Part shown: piece after piece, positions 59,877 to 64,000 of the stretch
How positions within the stretch are numbered: the stretch's first letter is position 1
Layout of the letters: each line of letters begins with the position of its first letter
Assembly (NCBI GenBank): GCA_903851045.1
Contig: CAINNF010000012.1
Coordinates: 37,189-101,188 of the forward strand
From: Candidatus Adlerbacteria bacterium
GTDB lineage: Bacteria; Patescibacteriota; Minisyncoccia; Phycocordibacterales; SBAW01
Length of the DNA: 64,000 nt
Direction of reading: 5' to 3'
Program-made: the position numbers and the translations under genes
The notes under the pieces: generated by a model
Database searches by the model: none
Seen by the model: only the letters and a program-made list of their open reading frames with translations
Told to the model about the DNA's origin: nothing

Positions 59877-59929
59877 CCTTCGTCCGCCATAGTGGACTTC
59901 GGCGGGCAAGCCCGCGTAAGTTCGCGACG
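59877..59929. repeat. REP-like hairpin repeat upstream of tRNA-Pro
   Basis: CCTTCG-TCCGC-CATA-GTGGA-CTTCGGCGGGCAAGCCCGCGTAAGTTCGCGACG. Confidence 0.75.
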
Positions 59930-59971
59930 GAGGATAACATCGACTACTGTATCACAGATCTCGAAATATCT

Positions 59972-60355
59972 TTACAGCACTATATTTTCTATAATCTCCA
60001 CTCGAGCCTGCCTATTAACTAGGCTTATATAAACACATGCGAGATCAATTTGCCACGGCGTCTCTTCGCTCATCCTCTTTTGTAACATGTATGTCTGAAT
60101 AGCCCGATGCAGTCGATGGAGTTTTTGGGCATGCATATTCTCCTCTGGACGATAGCCTGCTCCCCTACCTGGTTCACGTGTAACACTCTTTACTTCAACA
60201 AAATGGATCTGATTTCCTTTCTGGGCAACTATGTCCAACTCGCCCCACGGTCGTAAATAATTACGATCAATCACCTCAAACCCTTTGTTTTCAAGGTATC
60301 TACACACTATTCCTTCTCCAAGGTCACCTATTTTTCTTTTTTTAGTCGTCGCCAT
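59972..60355 (-). CDS. yraN: YraN family endonuclease (UPF0102)
   Basis: G..GE…YL…G..I.RN….GELDIVA…HFVEVK. Confidence 0.92.
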   Translation of the reverse strand: MATTKKRKIGDLGEGIVCRYLENKGFEVIDRNYLRPWGELDIVAQKGNQIHFVEVKSVTREPGRGAGYRPEENMHAQKLHRLHRAIQTYMLQKRMSEETPWQIDLACVYISLVNRQARVEIIENIVL

Positions 60356-60553
60356 ACTTGAGTGTTACACAAGAAACGATTTGCATATTCTGGAATTGAA
60401 TTTGACTGTCTTTAATACACATGTCCCCAACGTTATCCACAGGTATTCCGAAAAAACCTTTATTTTACAACAACATGACCTTTAACCCTGTCCCTGACTT
60501 TGTGGATAGGGGACACAACTTATCAAACTGCAAACAATGAACTTGTTTGAATG

Positions 60554-60624
60554 TGCGGCCAGGGAGAATCGAACTCCCGTCTACTCCTTGGCAAGGAGTC
60601 GTCATACCACTAAACTACGGCCGC
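60554..60624 (-). tRNA. tRNA-Gly (GCC)
   Basis: Anticodon arm ACTCC-TTGCCAA-GGAGT. Confidence 0.95.
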
Positions 60625-60656
60625 ATTTTGAACTATCTGAATATATCACATTTTTG

Positions 60657-60729
60657 TGCGCCCGGCAGGACTCGAACCCACAACCCCTTGGTTCGAAGCC
60701 AAGTGCTCTATCCATTGAGCTACGGGCGC
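60657..60729 (-). tRNA. tRNA-Arg (TCG)
   Basis: Anticodon arm CTTGG-CTTCGAA-CCAAG. Confidence 0.95.
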
Positions 60730-60769
60730 ATATGCACCAATATTTGCTGCCTAATGGTAGAATTGCCCT

Positions 60770-62245
60770 ATGCAAATCTCACGCAGCCAAATACCTAGGG
60801 AGATAATACAGGTAACTGACACACTTGAAAAGGCCGGGTTCGAAGCCTGGATAGTCGGAGGCTGTGTGCGCGACCTATTCATCGGTCGAAAACCGAAAGA
60901 CTGGGATATTACCACCAATGCCAAGCCCGAGGATATACAAGCATTATTCGAAAACACTTTCTATACCAACGAATTTGGGACCGTCGGCATAGTCAACGAG
61001 GGCGTAGCGGACGAATCGCTTAAAATCGTTGAGGCAACACCGTATCGCACTGAAGGGGAGTACTCGGACGCACGCCGTCCGAGTAGTGTCGTGTTTAGTC
61101 CTCATGTTGAGGATGATCTTAAACGTCGAGATTTCACGATTAACGCACTCGCCTTTAACCCATCCAAGGGCACCTTGCTCGATCTGTACGACGGGACAGG
61201 GGATATGTCAAAGGGTGTTCTCAAGGCTGTAGGTGAGCCCCAGGAGCGTTTTATGGAGGACGCACTACGAATATTACGGGCAGTGCGCATAGCTGCCGAA
61301 CTCGACTTCGCTATAGATCCAAAGACCGAATCGGCAATGGAACAGTGCGCCAAACAACTTGGGAAGATCTCTCAGGAGCGTATTCGGGACGAGTTTGTTC
61401 GTATTATAAACTCACCACAACCAAAGAAGGCGCTCGAACTCGCTCAAAAGCTAGGAATTTTGTCCTTTATTGTCCCTGAGCTCGAGCAGGGGAGGGGGGT
61501 AGACCAAAACCAAGCTCACAGCTTCGATGTCCTTGAGCACAATTTACGTGCCCTACAGCATGCCGCAGACAAAAACTGGAGCTTTATTGTCAGAATATCG
61601 GCTCTACTGCACGATATAGGAAAGCCAGCTTCAAGACGGTGGTCCAACGAGAAACATGACTGGACCTTCCACGGACATGAAGTAGTAGGTGCCAGAATGA
61701 CTAAGGTAATACTCCAAAGGTTGAAGTTTCCACGTGAAACAATAGAGACCGTGCAAAATCTAGTCCGTTGGCACATGTTCTTTTCTGACCCCGACAAGGT
61801 TACCTTGTCGGCCGTTCGACGCATTATACGAAACGTTGGACGTGAAAACATTGAATATCTTGTAAACCTTCGTGTTTGTGATCGTATTGGCACAGGTAGG
61901 CCAAAAGAACAGCCATTTAGGCTCCGAAAGTACCAGGCAATGATAGAACAGGCGTTACACGACCCAATATCTGTCACAATGCTTGAAATCAATGGTAAGC
62001 AGCTTATGGACGTTACACGTGAAAGTCCCGGACCACGTCTTGGATGGATGTTACATGCTCTGCTTGAAGAGGTTATTGATGATCCATCAAGAAACACTTT
62101 AGAATACTTGGGGAATCGAGCAAAAGAACTTTCAAGACTCGATGATAGGGAGCTGCTCGCACTCGGGAAAGAGGGGAAGGAGCGGAAAGAAGAAGCTGAA
62201 CAAGAAAACACTAAAGAAATTCAGAAGAAATACTTTGTAAACTAA
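60770..62245 (+). CDS. cca: CCA-adding tRNA nucleotidyltransferase with HD domain
   Basis: VGGCVRD, DWD, RRDFTINA, EDALRILR, LLHDIGKP. Confidence 0.95.
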   Translation: MQISRSQIPREIIQVTDTLEKAGFEAWIVGGCVRDLFIGRKPKDWDITTNAKPEDIQALFENTFYTNEFGTVGIVNEGVADESLKIVEATPYRTEGEYSDARRPSSVVFSPHVEDDLKRRDFTINALAFNPSKGTLLDLYDGTGDMSKGVLKAVGEPQERFMEDALRILRAVRIAAELDFAIDPKTESAMEQCAKQLGKISQERIRDEFVRIINSPQPKKALELAQKLGILSFIVPELEQGRGVDQNQAHSFDVLEHNLRALQHAADKNWSFIVRISALLHDIGKPASRRWSNEKHDWTFHGHEVVGARMTKVILQRLKFPRETIETVQNLVRWHMFFSDPDKVTLSAVRRIIRNVGRENIEYLVNLRVCDRIGTGRPKEQPFRLRKYQAMIEQALHDPISVTMLEINGKQLMDVTRESPGPRLGWMLHALLEEVIDDPSRNTLEYLGNRAKELSRLDDRELLALGKEGKERKEEAEQENTKEIQKKYFVN

Positions 62246-62655
62246 GACGTTGTCCTTTATAAAGGACGTTATCCACAGATTGTCCTTTACAATGTCTTTT
62301 ATAAGAATATAGTTATATCAGAGCTAGCGAGACAAAAGTAGAAAAAGTTGCATCTGCCCTGTTGCAACCAGAGTCTGCACTCACTAGCAAAAGTTCGATT
62401 AAGTTCTTTTGAGAACACACCGGTGGTGTGCAATCTTCCAAGTCAATTTCAGGAACAGTACGAGTCCTCCTCAAACAAAAATAAAAATAAAAAGAGGTAC
62501 TCTGATGAATTTCTAAATTCATTTAGAAGATACATGCACACAAAAATAGAAGCCTTCGCCTAAAATTTGAGGATAAATATATCTCCAACCCTCACCTATT
62601 GAAGCGAAGGCTTTATCGTACCCAAAATTTATAAAACACATGAATCAAGGAGAGG

Positions 62656-63468
62656 CTATTCTTTTGAATATTCGAGTTCTAGGGTAACAGGGCAATGGTC
62701 GGAACCTGTGACGTTAGATAGGATCTGAGCCTTGACCACCTTTTCTCTTAGTGCCCGGGAGATGAAGAAGTAATCTATGCGCCAGCCAACGTTTCGCTCT
62801 CTAGCGTTCGCCCAATGCGACCACCAAGAATAGTGACCATTACCATTGGTGAATAGGCGAAAAGTGTCCACAAACCCTACTTTGATCATCGCGTTGATGC
62901 CTTCGCGCTCCTCCATAGTGAAGCCGTGCTCGCCCTCGTTATCTTTCGGGTTTGCGAGATCGTCGGGAGTATGGGCAACATTAAGATCGCCACAGAAAAT
63001 CACTGGCTTATCCTCCTCAAGCTGCTTCATGTAGGCCAAGAATGCTGGGTCCCACTGCTCGTGTCGCAGCTTTAGGCGACTAAGGTCGGGCTTGGCATTA
63101 GGTGTATAAGAAGTAACGACGTAGAAATCATCGAGTTCGACCGCAATAATGCGTCCTTCCTCGTTCGGGTCACCGTAGCCATCATTTTCGAATCCAAAAT
63201 CCTTATATATTTCATCAGGAAAGCCGAACATGACCCAGTGTACCGGAATGTCTTTTTTCACAAAGATAGCGGTGCCGCTGTAGCCCTTCTTCTTGGCGGA
63301 GTTCCAGTACTCCTCGTACTCGGGCAAATCGATAGCCGCTTGCCCACGCTCAGCCTTGGTCTCCTGCAAACAAAGCACATCCGGTTTGTACTTCTCAATA
63401 AAAGGCAAAAAAAGCCCCTTTTTATGCACCGCGCGTATGCCGTTCACGTTCCATGAGATGAGTTTCAT
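62656..63468 (-). CDS. xth: Exodeoxyribonuclease III / AP endonuclease
   Basis: SWNVNG, LQETK, GYSG, GDLNVAH, GWRIDYF, GSDHCP. Confidence 0.97.
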   Translation of the reverse strand: MKLISWNVNGIRAVHKKGLFLPFIEKYKPDVLCLQETKAERGQAAIDLPEYEEYWNSAKKKGYSGTAIFVKKDIPVHWVMFGFPDEIYKDFGFENDGYGDPNEEGRIIAVELDDFYVVTSYTPNAKPDLSRLKLRHEQWDPAFLAYMKQLEEDKPVIFCGDLNVAHTPDDLANPKDNEGEHGFTMEEREGINAMIKVGFVDTFRLFTNGNGHYSWWSHWANARERNVGWRIDYFFISRALREKVVKAQILSNVTGSDHCPVTLELEYSKE

Positions 63469-63527
63469 TTCCACATCATACCAAAAGAAAAGGCGGCCAT
63501 TACTGACCGCCCAGGCTATGATATTGC

Positions 63528-64000
63528 TTATGTCGCTACGATGAGCAGAAACGGGGGACACATCCGCTCCATTGCCCACTCGTTACCCCAGTCATCGCCC
63601 GGCACTGGTTCTTCCATGGCCTCGACGGAGAACCCTGCTTCCTCGAGCAACTGGCGATAGTCGACGTGGCGGCGGTACACATCGTTCGTAATAAGAATGG
63701 CGTTTTCGCCGGACCCGAGCATCACGCTGACGTAATCCCCGGCCTGTACATCCTCCTTGGAGAGGTAGTGAAGCTCGCGGTATTTAACGCCATGCGCCTT
63801 CTCTTGGTTCGGGTCAGCTATGACCAGCCTCCCGCCTTTCGAGAGAATACTTCGCATATCTCGCAGGATATACCTGATTTCTCTATCGGGGATAGTACAA
63901 AATGAGAAGCTCATCAAAATAAGGTCGACGTGCTCACTTCGCAACGCTTCAGCGAGCAAACCGTTATAAACACGGTAATCGCTGTACGGATCATGTCGGC
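63528..64000 (-). CDS. Class I SAM methyltransferase (5' truncated by window)
   Basis: DLI.MSF.F…L.KGGRLVI.D…LL.EAGF pattern. Confidence 0.7.
   Translation of the reverse strand, partial: RHDPYSDYRVYNGLLAEALRSEHVDLILMSFSFCTIPDREIRYILRDMRSILSKGGRLVIADPNQEKAHGVKYRELHYLSKEDVQAGDYVSVMLGSGENAILITNDVYRRHVDYRQLLEEAGFSVEAMEEPVPGDDWGNEWAMERMCPPFLLIVAT

Larger units (their letters stand above)
60170..62310. promoter_or_regulatory. Cluster of DnaA boxes and parS-like sites (origin-proximal region)
   Basis: TTATCCACA at 60433 and 62269, TGTGGATAG at 60501; parS-like 16-mers at 60170, 61726, 62011. Confidence 0.55.

Noticed and set aside
859-64000. Alternative genetic code (UGA=Gly as in Gracilibacteria/Absconditabacteria)
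   Set aside because: Conserved genes are full length in code 11, and several (pyrD, comEC-region neighbours, VWA) end correctly at TGA or other standard stops.

Overview
Bacterial chromosome segment, most likely Patescibacteria/CPR (Parcubacteria-like). This is an inference from FKBP-less trigger factor, TrmB paralog expansion, split ComEC, the divergent RpsL loop and largely SD-less housekeeping genes. The backbone carries fusA, rpsG, rpsL, pyrD, rpmB, sod, comEC, rnhA, recJ, pgk, tpiA, nusA, ppa, tig, clpP, rny, HU, cca, xth and four tRNAs, with DnaA-box and parS-like sites near the right end. Two accessory blocks interrupt conserved gene orders: a polysaccharide cluster (GT2, GH26, deacetylase) between rpsG and fusA, and an ~18 kb island between tig and clpP. 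The best candidate for a new system is an ~11 kb minus-strand operon in that island (about 44835 to 33720). It has a consensus sigma70 promoter, ~1.3 kb of densely structured non-coding leader/intergenic RNA, two candidate cyclic-oligoadenylate ring nucleases (a Crn4-like protein and a P-loop ATPase-Csx3 fusion), a Mesh1-like HD hydrolase, a RavA/ViaA-like AAA+/VWA pair, two paralogs of an unrecognised family and a structured 3' trailer, yet no cas genes or CRISPR array occur in the window. Other notable signals: cargo genes flanked by a displaced, synonymously diverged copy of the upstream gene's 3' end; in-frame palindromic elements inside tig and recJ; a REP-like hairpin family with covariation; pervasive leaderless-type promoters; a degenerate PilB ATPase; and a stand-alone RNAP alpha-CTD. 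All family assignments are from motif recognition by eye, with no database search.
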